A DNA stretch of 64,000 bases from Minisyncoccota bacterium. Lineage in GTDB: Bacteria; Patescibacteriota; Minisyncoccia; Phycocordibacterales; PALSA-1337. Below the pieces are notes generated by a model, which ran no database searches, was not told where the DNA came from, and was given only the letters and a program-made list of their open reading frames with translations. The position numbers were made by a program, and so were the translations under genes. The stretch covers positions 9,086-73,085 of the forward strand of contig JBAYFZ010000001.1 of the NCBI GenBank assembly GCA_041666915.1. The letters run 5' to 3'. Each line of letters starts with the position of its first letter. Positions within the stretch are counted from its first letter, which is position 1. Below, one piece after another: positions 31,090 through 41,400 of the stretch.

Positions 31090-32148
31090 ATGCTAAAAAT
31101 TAAATTAAAAAATAAAAAATGGAAGCGTCGCGACATTATAATGTTGCTGGAGAGGCTGGAGATGTATCTTTCTTCTGGTCTGGAAATAAACAAAGCTCTG
31201 CAAATATCAGAAGAAGGATTATTGCCAAAGCAAAAGATAAGTATTCAGAAACTAAGATTATCTGTAGAATCTGGCAACTCTCTTTTTTCTGGTCTCGAAA
31301 AGTTCGTTCATATTTCCAAGACTACTTCGGGTCTTATTGAACATGGTGAATTATCCGGTTCTTTATCAAAGTCGTTGTTGACCGCTAGATTATTATTGGA
31401 AAAAGAAGATGAACTATTCAAAAAATGTACTTCAGCCATGGTTTATCCTGTAGTCATAGGGATATTTGCGGGATTATTAACTATAGGTCTTGTACGTGGG
31501 GTTATGTCGCAGATTATTCCAATGCTGAAAAGTCTGCATGTGCAGTTGCCTTTGGTTACAAAGATTGTCATTTATTTTTCGGAGATTTTAACTAAATACG
31601 GACTGCATCTTTTTGTTGGAACTATTATAGCTCTTATTATCTCGAGAATAATTCTGAGGAAGTATCTAGTTATTCGGAAGTTTTTTCAATTGTTAATTAT
31701 AAAGATACCTATTGTTGGTAGACTTTTTTATAACTATTATTTAGCCGTTTTTCTACATTCTTGTGGAGCTCTTGTAGAGTCTGGTTTATCGGTCAAAGAA
31801 GCTTATTCGGGTACAGCTAATACAATTCAACTCATACCACTAAATCAATTTTTACACGATCAGATTATCAAAATATCTCGCGGGCTCTCTTTGGGAACTG
31901 TTATTGTCCATAAGGATATCCCTTCTTATATAACGGCACTCCTTAACGCCGGGGAAGCTTCTGGTACTTTGGGACTCTCAATAATTCGAGCTGGAAATAT
32001 TTTGGATAGGGAAATAGATCATTCATTGAAAAGGTTAACTGCTCTCATAGAACCTATCATGATGGTCGGTATGGGTTGTATTGTCGGAGCTATAGCTCTT
32101 TCTATAATGATGCCAATTTATAATATTTCAGGTGCTCTGCAAAAATAA
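31090..32148 (+). CDS. pilC: GspF/PilC family platform protein
   Basis: GELSG, SAMVYP, GEASG, LIEP...MPIY. Confidence 0.88.
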   Translation: MLKIKLKNKKWKRRDIIMLLERLEMYLSSGLEINKALQISEEGLLPKQKISIQKLRLSVESGNSLFSGLEKFVHISKTTSGLIEHGELSGSLSKSLLTARLLLEKEDELFKKCTSAMVYPVVIGIFAGLLTIGLVRGVMSQIIPMLKSLHVQLPLVTKIVIYFSEILTKYGLHLFVGTIIALIISRIILRKYLVIRKFFQLLIIKIPIVGRLFYNYYLAVFLHSCGALVESGLSVKEAYSGTANTIQLIPLNQFLHDQIIKISRGLSLGTVIVHKDIPSYITALLNAGEASGTLGLSIIRAGNILDREIDHSLKRLTALIEPIMMVGMGCIVGAIALSIMMPIYNISGALQK

Positions 32149-32162
32149 TTATTACCAATAAA

Positions 32163-33581
32163 ATGTATCCAGATTTGAAGAAAAAAAAGTTGTGTCGATT
32201 AGGAAATTTTAAACGTGACAGAATTAGCGGAATGATTCTGATTGATATTCTTTTGGCTTTTTCTTTGTCAGCAATATTCATTGTAATAATTGGACAATCA
32301 TCCATTTCATCAAGACAAATATTTGAAAGAGCAAAAGATCGGAGCGTCCTATTAGGTCTGTACGATTCAGGACTTGGGACTATTAAAACCGGTTTACATG
32401 GCAATGATTTAATAGAGAAAAATATAGAGATGGCTTCATCTTCTGGCAAGTTATCTTTTATTGAAATTATCAAAAATTCAGATGCTAATCTAACTGAATT
32501 TGTCGGAACACCTTTATGTTCAGTTGATTATTCTAATGAGAATGTGGCTGGTTCTTATGAGTATTTCAGTAATCAAATAGCCGTAAATACTCCGATAGTT
32601 TCAATCACCCCTATAACTTTGCCGATCAATCCGACCATGCCTTTGACAGATCTTGAAGTTAGAAATGGTACGGCCTACATTTCAGCAGACTCTTCAATAG
32701 CTTCAGACCCCGATTTATTTATTGTAAACATTGGTAATATTTCCAATCCGGCAATTATTTCAAGTATAAACACTGGTCCAGGTTTAGTCTCAATCAGTTT
32801 GGCTGGTGATAGAATATTTGGTGCAGCTCCTAGCACGGCTTCAGAATTACATATTATTCGTTTGAATGGGTTGGCGAATCCTGTTTTAGAAAAGAAATTC
32901 AAATTACCTTTACCTTTTGCAACGGCCACTCCAGCTTTGGCTAGTTCTATTTTTTATAAAAATAATAAAGTTTATCTTGGCACAGAAAAATGGAGTGGTG
33001 AGGAGTTTAATATTATAGATGTTTCGGATGTTATCAATCCTGTTAAGATTGGTGGTCTGGAGATTGGAAGTAAGGTCAATGATATTTATGTTGATGGCAA
33101 TATTGCTTATGTAGCTAGTTCAGATCAGTTTCAACTGAGAGTTGTTGATATTAAAAATCCTAATAATCCTACGGTTTTGAATACTTTTAGTCCTTCTGGT
33201 TGGCAAAGGCAAGAAGGTAAGACTATTTCATTATTTGAACAAAGTTTGAATTTTGGACGCACTTCAGGTGGTTTCAATTTTATTAGTGATCATGAAGCTT
33301 TTTCGTGGTTAGCCAATTCTTCAACAACTTTGGATAATCCGTTTTCAATAGATGTACCAAGCGGTGTTTATGGAATAGTTAGGGACAGAGATAGAATCTA
33401 TTTGGCGACTAGGCAAGTTGATAGAGAATTACAGATATTTGATACGCAGTTGTCAGCTTCTACTTCGTCTGCTTATTCATTACCAATACAACCGCAGGCT
33501 ATGACTTGCGATGGAGATCATTTGTATATCTTGGCTCATACAGCACCGGTTATTTATAAGATAAGTTTAAATAAATTATGA
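32163..33581 (+). CDS. Pilin-like N-terminus fused to LVIVD-repeat beta-propeller (putative tip adhesin)
   Basis: G-MILIDILLA; FIVNI, IIDVSD, VVDIKNP repeats. Confidence 0.7.
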   Translation: MYPDLKKKKLCRLGNFKRDRISGMILIDILLAFSLSAIFIVIIGQSSISSRQIFERAKDRSVLLGLYDSGLGTIKTGLHGNDLIEKNIEMASSSGKLSFIEIIKNSDANLTEFVGTPLCSVDYSNENVAGSYEYFSNQIAVNTPIVSITPITLPINPTMPLTDLEVRNGTAYISADSSIASDPDLFIVNIGNISNPAIISSINTGPGLVSISLAGDRIFGAAPSTASELHIIRLNGLANPVLEKKFKLPLPFATATPALASSIFYKNNKVYLGTEKWSGEEFNIIDVSDVINPVKIGGLEIGSKVNDIYVDGNIAYVASSDQFQLRVVDIKNPNNPTVLNTFSPSGWQRQEGKTISLFEQSLNFGRTSGGFNFISDHEAFSWLANSSTTLDNPFSIDVPSGVYGIVRDRDRIYLATRQVDRELQIFDTQLSASTSSAYSLPIQPQAMTCDGDHLYILAHTAPVIYKISLNKL

Positions 33582-33733
33582 TTAAAAGTAGAGCTTATAA
33601 TATAGGTATGACTCTTATTGAAGTAATAATTTACACGGTTCTCTTGTCTTTTTTGATGGCTGGTTTTATTCAATATGCTTATGCTGTAAATATAAATAAC
33701 ATTCAATTAATTAATGAAATTCAAGACCAATGA
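33578..33733 (+). CDS. 51-aa minor prepilin (absent from ORF track)
   Basis: MIKSRAYNIG-MTLIEVIIYTVLLSFLMAGF... class III signal with E5; ATGA overlap with upstream gene. Confidence 0.8.
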   Translation: MIKSRAYNIGMTLIEVIIYTVLLSFLMAGFIQYAYAVNINNIQLINEIQDQ

Positions 33734-34100
33734 TAAAAAAGGTTTTGTTGCTCTTATTGCCGTGGTCCTATTAGCAACAGGAACACTGACTTTTTCTTTG
33801 GTCGCAATGTCTTCAGCTATTGCTTATGCGGATAGTATTAGTAGGAGGGAACTCCGAATCCAGACACAGATGAATGCGCAAGCTTGTCTGGATACGGTTA
33901 CTCTGATGGTTGTAAAAGATTATTTTATTTCAGGGAATGTTGAAGTTAAAAAGTTTGGCTGTACGGCGGAAATACTGAATGATTTTGAGGGTAACATTTC
34001 TTTTAATGTTAAGGCTAATTTGGGCGAGATTGTGGTTGAAGGGAATGGGGTACTAAAAATTACCGATAATTCGGTGGAGGTTGTTTCTGAGGGGGTGTAA
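33714..34100 (+). CDS. PilX-like minor pilin
   Basis: KKG-FVALIAVVLL without E5; AQAC motif. Confidence 0.7.
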   Translation: MKFKTNDKKGFVALIAVVLLATGTLTFSLVAMSSAIAYADSISRRELRIQTQMNAQACLDTVTLMVVKDYFISGNVEVKKFGCTAEILNDFEGNISFNVKANLGEIVVEGNGVLKITDNSVEVVSEGV

Positions 34101-34247
34101 GCCATTCCAACGAATTAGTAGACATACCTTGACCTCTGTGTTCTGATATGTTATACCGTACACAGAGAATAAATTAGGTTCTTGGAGCCATATGTTGGGC
34201 TCTGAAAAAATCCGACAAGTTCATTCAAATAGAAAGTAAAAAAGACC

Positions 34248-34559
34248 ATGAAAACGTTATTTCTTGCAGTCATGTTGTTTGTTTGCTCTGGTTACATTAG
34301 TAGTGCAGAAACTATTTTTCTTCATTGTGGGAAGGATAAGGAAACTAGGAAGATGGCTGATGGAAACTATTATGCCTCAGGTTTCAATGAAGGTGAATAT
34401 GGAGCGAGGTTACTATCAGATTGGGAGCGTGCTAATCCAACAAAGAAAATTATCTGCATCACTGTCAACACTATCAACGGTGGTCCGGGTAGTTTCACAG
34501 GGTTTTGGATTACTTATAAGCTGAAGAAACCACAAGTGACAGTTCAAAAGCAAAAGTAG
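34248..34559 (+). CDS. Small secreted hypothetical protein
   Basis: Signal peptide; own promoter (TTGACC...TATACC) and terminator. Confidence 0.65.
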   Translation: MKTLFLAVMLFVCSGYISSAETIFLHCGKDKETRKMADGNYYASGFNEGEYGARLLSDWERANPTKKIICITVNTINGGPGSFTGFWITYKLKKPQVTVQKQK

Positions 34560-34610
34560 ATTTAGAAGACTTCACCCCGCGCTTGTGTAAAAACAGGTGC
34601 GGGCTTTTCT

Positions 34611-35543
34611 TTACCTCGCTTTTAAATACGAATAGATATCTTCAATAGCTTTGACAGCGTCACCAGCAGCAATGTTGTTTTGATGATAGAGACCATCGGT
34701 ACAGTCGCCAGCAGACCAGATACCAGGAACAGCGGTTTGTTGGTTTTTGGCATCTACAGGAATACGATTGAATGAGTCTAACTTGATAGTATTTTTTGCA
34801 AAGTCGGTATTTGGTAGAGAACCGATCTCGACGAAGATTCCAGTAGTTTTTATTTTAATATCTTTCTTCGTCTTCATATCAGTGTAAATCATAGATGTCA
34901 CAAATTTGTCACCAATAACTTCTTTTGGTACCGCCATAGTGAGGACTTTGACCTTTGGATTTTTACTCACTATTTCTATAGTACCCGGATCGGCTTTGAA
35001 TTTCTCACTACGATTCATGATAGTTACACTTTTGCAATAAGCCATGAGTTGAGCGGCACTTTCAAAAGCCGCATTACCACCACCGATGACTACGACATCT
35101 TGGTCAGAATACATAGGTCCATCGCAAGTGGCACAATAGGTGAGGCCTTTGTGTTCATATTTATCGGCGCCTAGAATATCTAGCTTTCTTCGGTGACTGC
35201 CAGATGCTATGAGGATAGTTTTTGCTGAATATTCGTTTTTTTCTGTTTTTACGATTAGACTTTGAGGAGGTTGAATATTTGCAGAAATATCAATACAACC
35301 TTCACCTTCTTTGATATCAATGATTTCTTTTGCATAAGCCTTTACGTGATTTTCTAAATTCTTGGAAAGGTCTGTACCAGAAATAGCTACTGAACCTATC
35401 CAGTTTTCTATTTTTTCAGAAACAGAACTTTGACCAAGCCAGTCTTTTGTAATAATGACAGTATGAAGTCTCTTTCTGGCTGCATAAACAGCGGCGGCTG
35501 CTCCGGCTGGTCCTCCACCAATAATTGCTAAGTCGTAGATCAT
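34611..35543 (-). CDS. trxB: Thioredoxin reductase / AhpF C-terminal-like FAD oxidoreductase
   Basis: GGGPAG, YCATCDG, GGGNAA, AGD. Confidence 0.88.
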   Translation of the reverse strand: MIYDLAIIGGGPAGAAAAVYAARKRLHTVIITKDWLGQSSVSEKIENWIGSVAISGTDLSKNLENHVKAYAKEIIDIKEGEGCIDISANIQPPQSLIVKTEKNEYSAKTILIASGSHRRKLDILGADKYEHKGLTYCATCDGPMYSDQDVVVIGGGNAAFESAAQLMAYCKSVTIMNRSEKFKADPGTIEIVSKNPKVKVLTMAVPKEVIGDKFVTSMIYTDMKTKKDIKIKTTGIFVEIGSLPNTDFAKNTIKLDSFNRIPVDAKNQQTAVPGIWSAGDCTDGLYHQNNIAAGDAVKAIEDIYSYLKAR

Positions 35544-35575
35544 AGTGGGATTATTCTAACATAAAAAATCGTTTA

Positions 35576-35608
35576 CGGAAGCCTCGCTTCCGGAGGTGAA
35601 GCCTCCGG
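35576..35608. repeat. Tandem short palindromes (REP-like)
   Basis: CGGAAGCCTCGCTTCCG overlapping CCGGAGGTGAAGCCTCCGG. Confidence 0.6.
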
Positions 35609-35610
35609 GA

Positions 35611-36585
35611 TTACTTTATCTCACAAACATTTTTCAGTGCGGTAATGTCGTCTGTGGTTAGAGTAAGATTTGAATCCATATTATAGGCGTACATTATAGC
35701 TTTTGAATCTGCTACATGATCCAATCCCAAAGCGTGGCCAAATTCATGAGCCAAGACACGAATTAGTTTGTTGTAATCTTTGTATTGATAAATATTTATT
35801 ATTTGACCAGTTTCATCGCTCACGTATTCTCCTTCTTGAAATTCTGGGCCGTTGGAAGTACTGATGGTGTTATAAGTACTGACATTTTGGTTTATTTCTT
35901 TATTCAAAGAATTCAAACTATTGGCTGTATAGTTGAGTTGATTTATCGTATCATTCAACCTTTTGTTCGCATCATTGATGTTAGTTGCTTCCAAATTGAG
36001 AGAAGCTTTTGTTTTTTGTAACTTGGAGAATTCTTCTTTTGTAGCACCTCCGCGACTGTTCCAATACGCTACAGCTTTTTCATAAGCCGTTTTATTGGCT
36101 TCGTATGTATTTATGAGTATCTGAATAGCACTCTTTTGACTATTATATGAATTTTGCAGAGAAGTGTATTTGGCTTTTAGATCACTATATGAGCTTTTAC
36201 TATTATCTATAGTTGATCCGATAGTGTTCATCTGCACCGTAGCTTCTTGGCGATTGTCAAAAATCAGATTTATTTTGAGGTCGTCTATATCGTTGGTTTT
36301 ATCGTCAGAATATTTGAATAACTCTCTACCAAGTGCTGAATTCCAGATACTTACCGCTTTATTCATATTTGTTATGAATTGTGATCGTGTCTGACCAAAT
36401 TTTTCATCAAAATCTCCAATGTAATATGTTATTGGTATAGTACAAGGCTTGTCCCACCCAATAGATAAGCGGATATTCTGGTAAGCGCGTTTGTAATTGT
36501 CACGATTGTAATAGACGACACCGCCTAGAGTAGCGATGACTAGTAAAAAGAATAGAAATTTTACAATTTTATTCAAAATATTCAT
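35611..36585 (-). CDS. Membrane-anchored matrixin (M10) metalloprotease with coiled-coil insert
   Basis: HEFGHALGLDH, AIMY Met-turn; start at MNILNK. Confidence 0.9.
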   Translation of the reverse strand: MNILNKIVKFLFFLLVIATLGGVVYYNRDNYKRAYQNIRLSIGWDKPCTIPITYYIGDFDEKFGQTRSQFITNMNKAVSIWNSALGRELFKYSDDKTNDIDDLKINLIFDNRQEATVQMNTIGSTIDNSKSSYSDLKAKYTSLQNSYNSQKSAIQILINTYEANKTAYEKAVAYWNSRGGATKEEFSKLQKTKASLNLEATNINDANKRLNDTINQLNYTANSLNSLNKEINQNVSTYNTISTSNGPEFQEGEYVSDETGQIINIYQYKDYNKLIRVLAHEFGHALGLDHVADSKAIMYAYNMDSNLTLTTDDITALKNVCEIK

Positions 36586-36600
36586 TAATGTTCTTTCTGT

Positions 36601-36692
36601 GTCATTCCCGCGAAGGCGGGAATCCACGGTTACCACAAGATATAGATTGTTGATTTGTAATAATCCTGGATTCCCGCCTTCGCGGGAATGAC
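36601..36692. repeat. Inverted REP (dRS3-like) doublet
   Basis: GTCATTCCCGCGAAGGCGGGAATCC ... GGATTCCCGCCTTCGCGGGAATGAC. Confidence 0.9.
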
Positions 36693-36702
36693 GCAGGGTC
36701 TA

Positions 36703-37914
36703 TTACTTCAACCTAGATCTCCTCAAGAAAGCTGGTATTGCACCCCAATCATCATCTTCATCTTTGTTTTCTTTCGTAACCTCAATCTTTTTTGATTCAG
36801 TTTTCTCTACTAAGACAGGTTCTTTTCTTGGATCAAGTGGGGAATTGAATATTTTTCCTTTTTCTTGAGTACGTTTCATTATACTTGAAAGAGAAGATTC
36901 GGCTGGTGTTGAAGAGAGGACGTTGGAATGTTGAGCTGGTTTTTGTGCTAATGGTGCTGTTTCTGGAAAACCTGTAGCAATGACAGTTATCTTGATCTCA
37001 TTTTTCTTGAGCTTATCGTCGCGAACTGTACCGAAGATGATTTTGGCTTCAGGGTCAATGGACTCGGTAATAACTTTTGCAGCATCTTGGATTTCAAACA
37101 TTGTAAGATCTTCACCACCAGCGATAGAGAATAGGACACCTTTGGCTCCAGCGATGGAAACATCCAGAAGAGGGGAATTGATGGCAGCTTTGGCAGCTTC
37201 TATGGCGCGGTTTTCACCAGAGGCATTACCTATACCCATGAGAGCAGAACCAGCATTTTCCATGACAGTACGAATATCGGCGAAGTCTATATTGATGAGT
37301 CCGGGTGTAGTGATGAGGTCGGAGATACCTTCAACTGCTTGGCGCAAGATTTCATCACACATGTTAAAAGCGTTTTTGACGGTTGTCTCTTTGCCTATAG
37401 CAGATAGGAGGCGGTCGTTTGGAATAACAATGATAGCATCAACTTCTTTGCGAAGATCTTCAAGGGCAGCTTCAGCAATACGAGAACGTTGACGACCTTC
37501 AAAATAGAAAGGTTTTGTAACTACGGCAACCGTGAGGCAACCGAGTTCTTTTGCTGTTCTTGCAACGATAGGACTGGCACCACTACCAGTACCTCCACCT
37601 AGACCACAAGTAACAAAAACCATGTCAGCACCTTTGACTGTTTCTTGGACATCATCTTTTGTTTCCTCTACAGCACGACGGCCAAGGTCAGAATTCATAC
37701 CGGTACCTAGACCGCGAGTTAGATTTTTACCAATGTTGATGCGCTTTTTTGCTAGAGAACGATGGAGGTCTTGAGAATCTGTGTTGATGGCAATAAAATC
37801 TACGCCTCTGACTTTGGAAGCGATCATGTGGTTTACTGCATTGCCACCGGAGCCACCTACTCCAAGGACTTTAATTCTGGCAAATGCTTCAATATCGGGA
37901 GTTATGTTTGGCAT
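36703..37914 (-). CDS. ftsZ: Cell division protein FtsZ
   Basis: GVGGSGGNAV, GGGTGSG, C-terminal IPAFLR. Confidence 0.98.
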   Translation of the reverse strand: MPNITPDIEAFARIKVLGVGGSGGNAVNHMIASKVRGVDFIAINTDSQDLHRSLAKKRINIGKNLTRGLGTGMNSDLGRRAVEETKDDVQETVKGADMVFVTCGLGGGTGSGASPIVARTAKELGCLTVAVVTKPFYFEGRQRSRIAEAALEDLRKEVDAIIVIPNDRLLSAIGKETTVKNAFNMCDEILRQAVEGISDLITTPGLINIDFADIRTVMENAGSALMGIGNASGENRAIEAAKAAINSPLLDVSIAGAKGVLFSIAGGEDLTMFEIQDAAKVITESIDPEAKIIFGTVRDDKLKKNEIKITVIATGFPETAPLAQKPAQHSNVLSSTPAESSLSSIMKRTQEKGKIFNSPLDPRKEPVLVEKTESKKIEVTKENKDEDDDWGAIPAFLRRSRLK

Positions 37915-38157
37915 GATTTTTTCTTTTAATCTTAAATGAATTCTGGATTATTCCGAAGCGGTAGGCTCTGGGTTGTCCTTAGGTTGTATATTACCACAGG
38001 AGTTTCAAGATACAAGTAAAGAGGGCTTAGTAGAGCCGTATTAAGACATGACAAGTAGGAACCGTCAAAAGGATTGACTGATATGTCAAATTGTGTCAGA
38101 CTTTACAATAAATAGAATAGAAATAGGACATTAATAAAAGAAAGGAGAAGTTCGTTT

Positions 38158-38412
38158 ATGGCTAGATCATACCTAGTTGCTTTTAAGAGTGGTGAAATGA
38201 GATCTTACCGCGGCGTTGAGGCTGAAAGAGTGGATGTTAGCTTAGGGGGTCTTTCAGAAGAGTTAGTCATTCGGGAAATCGCTCTTGCGGTTGCTCAAAA
38301 AATAGGTGTTCCTGTCGAAACTGTAGTCATCAAGGATTATATCCCTGATTACGATGGTAATGCTGCCGGATTGAGAAGAGCTCTGATACGTGCTCATATG
38401 ATGCGTACTTAA
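38158..38412 (+). CDS. Hypothetical protein
   Basis: AAGGAG Shine-Dalgarno; terminator at about 38433-38466. Confidence 0.65.
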   Translation: MARSYLVAFKSGEMRSYRGVEAERVDVSLGGLSEELVIREIALAVAQKIGVPVETVVIKDYIPDYDGNAAGLRRALIRAHMMRT

Positions 38413-38849
38413 AAAAAGTCATTTAAATTCACCCCGCAATTTCCAAAAGGAGATTGCGGGATTTTTGATGGTGGCGATTATCTTTACGGCGGTAGTACGT
38501 TTTTCTTTAAAGATTAGTGACCCCCTCCCCCCGGGGGAGGGGGTGTTTCCGTATTCGTTTGATTGATACCCCCTAGGGGGGAGGGGGTATCAAAGAGGTA
38601 TTACAAATAAGAAATGTTAATCGGGCGGGTATTCTTTTTCGTAATAGTAAGTACTAATTGAAAAGTGACGGATTTTTCGTCACTTTTTTGTAAGTGAGAA
38701 AAAGAGATATCTTAGATGTTTAGCTATGTTTAATGGTCATCAAAAAAACGCTTTGTCCAACCACGTTCATCTGACCGTATCCATCCAACGGTCGACGATA
38801 TTCTGTAACTATCTTAGTAGTCTTATCCTACACAAAGCTTACACAAAAT

Positions 38850-39419
38850 CTATGCAAACAAAAAAACTAGTATTGCTATCATTGTAATGAAAGTCTCAGC
38901 ATAGAAGGTCACTGACGTTAAGTATTCACTCTTCACATATTTCCAATAATAATTGAAACCACCAACTGTACCATTTGGTTTTGGACCTTCAATCTTTGTC
39001 TTTATGAGACAAAAGCTCTTATTAGAAAACGGCCATAACCAACGAATACCTGATTCTATAGAATCCAAAATAAAATGGGTCCATGTGCCGGCGAGGATCA
39101 GTAATCCCACAAAAGATATGAATGATGAATTAAAAATAAAACCAAAGATAGCGATTAACGCACTAATTCCTAACCAAAAAATAGGTGTGTGAGTTATATG
39201 TTCGCGATGAGAGTGAACTTTTGAATGTTTATGATTACGATTTTCTAAATAAAACCACGCAAGATCCAAATCCGGCAATTCACCAGCCAAAGTTCCAATT
39301 ATAAAAAGTACCGAAAGTTCGGTGGGTGAAAATGATGAAAAACCAGCTGTACTTGAAGACAGTGCCAATATTCCATATGTAGCCAAGTATCCGCCTGCAA
39401 GATGTCCGGGGAGAACCAT
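38850..39419 (-). CDS. YdjM-like membrane metal-dependent hydrolase
   Basis: H..., LPDLD, HREHITHT, HFILD, LWPF. Confidence 0.88.
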   Translation of the reverse strand: MVLPGHLAGGYLATYGILALSSSTAGFSSFSPTELSVLFIIGTLAGELPDLDLAWFYLENRNHKHSKVHSHREHITHTPIFWLGISALIAIFGFIFNSSFISFVGLLILAGTWTHFILDSIESGIRWLWPFSNKSFCLIKTKIEGPKPNGTVGGFNYYWKYVKSEYLTSVTFYAETFITMIAILVFLFA

Positions 39420-39493
39420 ATTAGTTTTGTTTTTCAGACACCCTTACCATTAGCCGGCTGGTGTATGGTGGGGCATCTGGAGTAAGTTTAATA

Positions 39494-40675
39494 TTAAGGT
39501 AAGTACTGTCTTATTAAAAGTTTAACTTTTTTCCAAACGTTTCTTATGGCGACTTTGGTATTGTCTATCTCAGGACTTTCTTCGGTATGAAGGCCCCAGA
39601 GACATAGACCGTAAGCCACTGCCCAAGTAGCATCTTTGAATGAAGATTTGGAATCAAGGTGACCAATGGAACCAATACGTGAAGGCAATTTCAAAGAGAC
39701 TTTGGCTAATGTATCTATGGTATTTAGACCAGAACCTCCACCAGTAATGATGATACCAGCAGGAAGTAAACCATTTCTACCAATCTTCTTTAGGTGGGCC
39801 TCAATAAGTTCAAAAATATCAGAAAGGCGAGCAGCGATGATTTCCTCTAGTTTCTTTTTTGGATATGAACTGCCTGTGATGACGCCGATCTTGATTTGCT
39901 CAGCTTCTTCTAGTGGAACTTTGAGACCGAGGGCAATGTCATTTGTTATATCTGTAGAGCCGATAGGAAAGACTTCTAAAGATGTTGGAATATTATTTTC
40001 AAAGACGGCGATAGAGACGGTCTCGGCTCCGATATTTGCCAATACACAGCCTGCGATCTTTTGTGATTTGGTAAGAGTAACAAAACCTGCTGCTAAAGGT
40101 GCAGCCATGACATCTTCTACTTCTACACCAGTTTCATTGACTGCAGAGATGAGATCAGTAACATGATGGTCAAGACAAGTTATGAAGAGAGTTTTCTGTT
40201 CTATTTTATTACCCTTCATACCTTCGGGTGAACCTAGGGAAGGGAATCCATCTATTTTATATTGCAAAGGAATATCGTAAATGATTCTACGATTGGCTAT
40301 ATCTGCACGAGGAATATCTTTTTCACATTGTTCGTGAAGATTTTTGAGATCAAGACTAGTTATCTCTGCATCGGCACGAGATGTCATGACGAAACTGTTG
40401 ACGGTCGTACCAGCTAGACCTATTCCAGAAATACCTATAAAAGCTTTTTTGATTTTTAGATCAGCTTTTTCTTCGGCTATAGCTATAGCTTTTTCGATAC
40501 TGTTGGCAACATCGCGAACATTGGTTACGTAACCGTGTCTAAGTCCGCGAGATTCGGCCATGCCAGAAGCGATGATTTTTGGCATGCCTTTTTCGTTACG
40601 ATCTTTGACACTAGCGATAACAACCTTCACGTAGTAAGTTCCTATATCTATTCCGGTTATTATATTTCTGGACAT
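39494..40675 (-). CDS. ftsA: Cell division protein FtsA
   Basis: GIDIGT, NIGAETV, ITNDIALGL, ITGGGS. Confidence 0.95.
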   Translation of the reverse strand: MSRNIITGIDIGTYYVKVVIASVKDRNEKGMPKIIASGMAESRGLRHGYVTNVRDVANSIEKAIAIAEEKADLKIKKAFIGISGIGLAGTTVNSFVMTSRADAEITSLDLKNLHEQCEKDIPRADIANRRIIYDIPLQYKIDGFPSLGSPEGMKGNKIEQKTLFITCLDHHVTDLISAVNETGVEVEDVMAAPLAAGFVTLTKSQKIAGCVLANIGAETVSIAVFENNIPTSLEVFPIGSTDITNDIALGLKVPLEEAEQIKIGVITGSSYPKKKLEEIIAARLSDIFELIEAHLKKIGRNGLLPAGIIITGGGSGLNTIDTLAKVSLKLPSRIGSIGHLDSKSSFKDATWAVAYGLCLWGLHTEESPEIDNTKVAIRNVWKKVKLLIRQYLP

Positions 40676-40719
40676 AATTAGAAAGATGTTCAAATTGCGT
40701 CCAAATAACTCAAGTCTTT

Positions 40720-41103
40720 TTAGACTTTAAATTGTTTGCGCAAATCAACCTCTATGTCTTCCATTGTACTACTATGGTCGTATCCTTTCAAATGAACACA
40801 ACCGTGGATAAAGAGAAAAGCTAAGAAATTTTCAAAAGTCCTTTCAAATTTTACCGCTTCTTTTTTCGTTTCGGCTAAAGAGATATAGATTTCTCCTTCA
40901 TTATCTGAAATAGGGAAACTCAGGATATCGGTAGGATATTCTTTGTCACGATATATGGTATTGAGTTTCTCTATCTGCTTTGAAGTAGTGATAATCAGAT
41001 TTAAAGAGTATTTTTTACCCAAAGAAGCTTCCTTTATTGCTTGAAAAGGAAGCTTTGGAAGCTCAGATGTAGTTTCGTTTATGATTGAAAAAGTCTTAGA
41101 CAC
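40720..41103 (-). CDS. ybeY: rRNA maturation endoribonuclease YbeY
   Basis: YRDKEYPTDILSF, HGCVHLKGYDH. Confidence 0.93.
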   Translation of the reverse strand: MSKTFSIINETTSELPKLPFQAIKEASLGKKYSLNLIITTSKQIEKLNTIYRDKEYPTDILSFPISDNEGEIYISLAETKKEAVKFERTFENFLAFLFIHGCVHLKGYDHSSTMEDIEVDLRKQFKV

Positions 41104-41108
41104 AACCT

Positions 41109-41360
41109 TTACTTTTTCTTGGCACCTCTCTCTGCTTTGACTGGAGCTTTGCCTAGTTTGATGAGTTCGGCCATGTTCTCACGGCGCTTCATGAGAGTAA
41201 GAGCGCGTTGTTTGACTTTGTATTTTGATTGGACACGAGTGCTAGAACGGAGGCTTCTAACGCGAGGAATAATACCGGAACCTTGTACTTTACGGGTAAA
41301 ACGGCGAATAACACCCATGGCGTTCTCACCAGCATTCTTTGTTACTTCAACATTTATCAT
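41109..41360 (-). CDS. rpsU: 30S ribosomal protein bS21
   Basis: VEVTKNAGEN...IRRFTRKVQGSG. Confidence 0.8.
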   Translation of the reverse strand: MINVEVTKNAGENAMGVIRRFTRKVQGSGIIPRVRSLRSSTRVQSKYKVKQRALTLMKRRENMAELIKLGKAPVKAERGAKKK

Positions 41361-41400
41361 GGAAAAAGAATAGCATGAAGAAGAAAATAGCGCAAATTCC

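Noticed and set aside
36586-36636. REP-derived ORF parts (also 20610-20822 and 62089-62142)
   Set aside because: Peptides such as VIPAKAGI and DSRLRGND are translations of the palindromic repeat.
38420-38850. Replication origin or RNase P RNA in the ftsA-ftsZ gap
   Set aside because: No cluster of TTATCCACA boxes and no GAGGAAAGTCC RNase P signature found.
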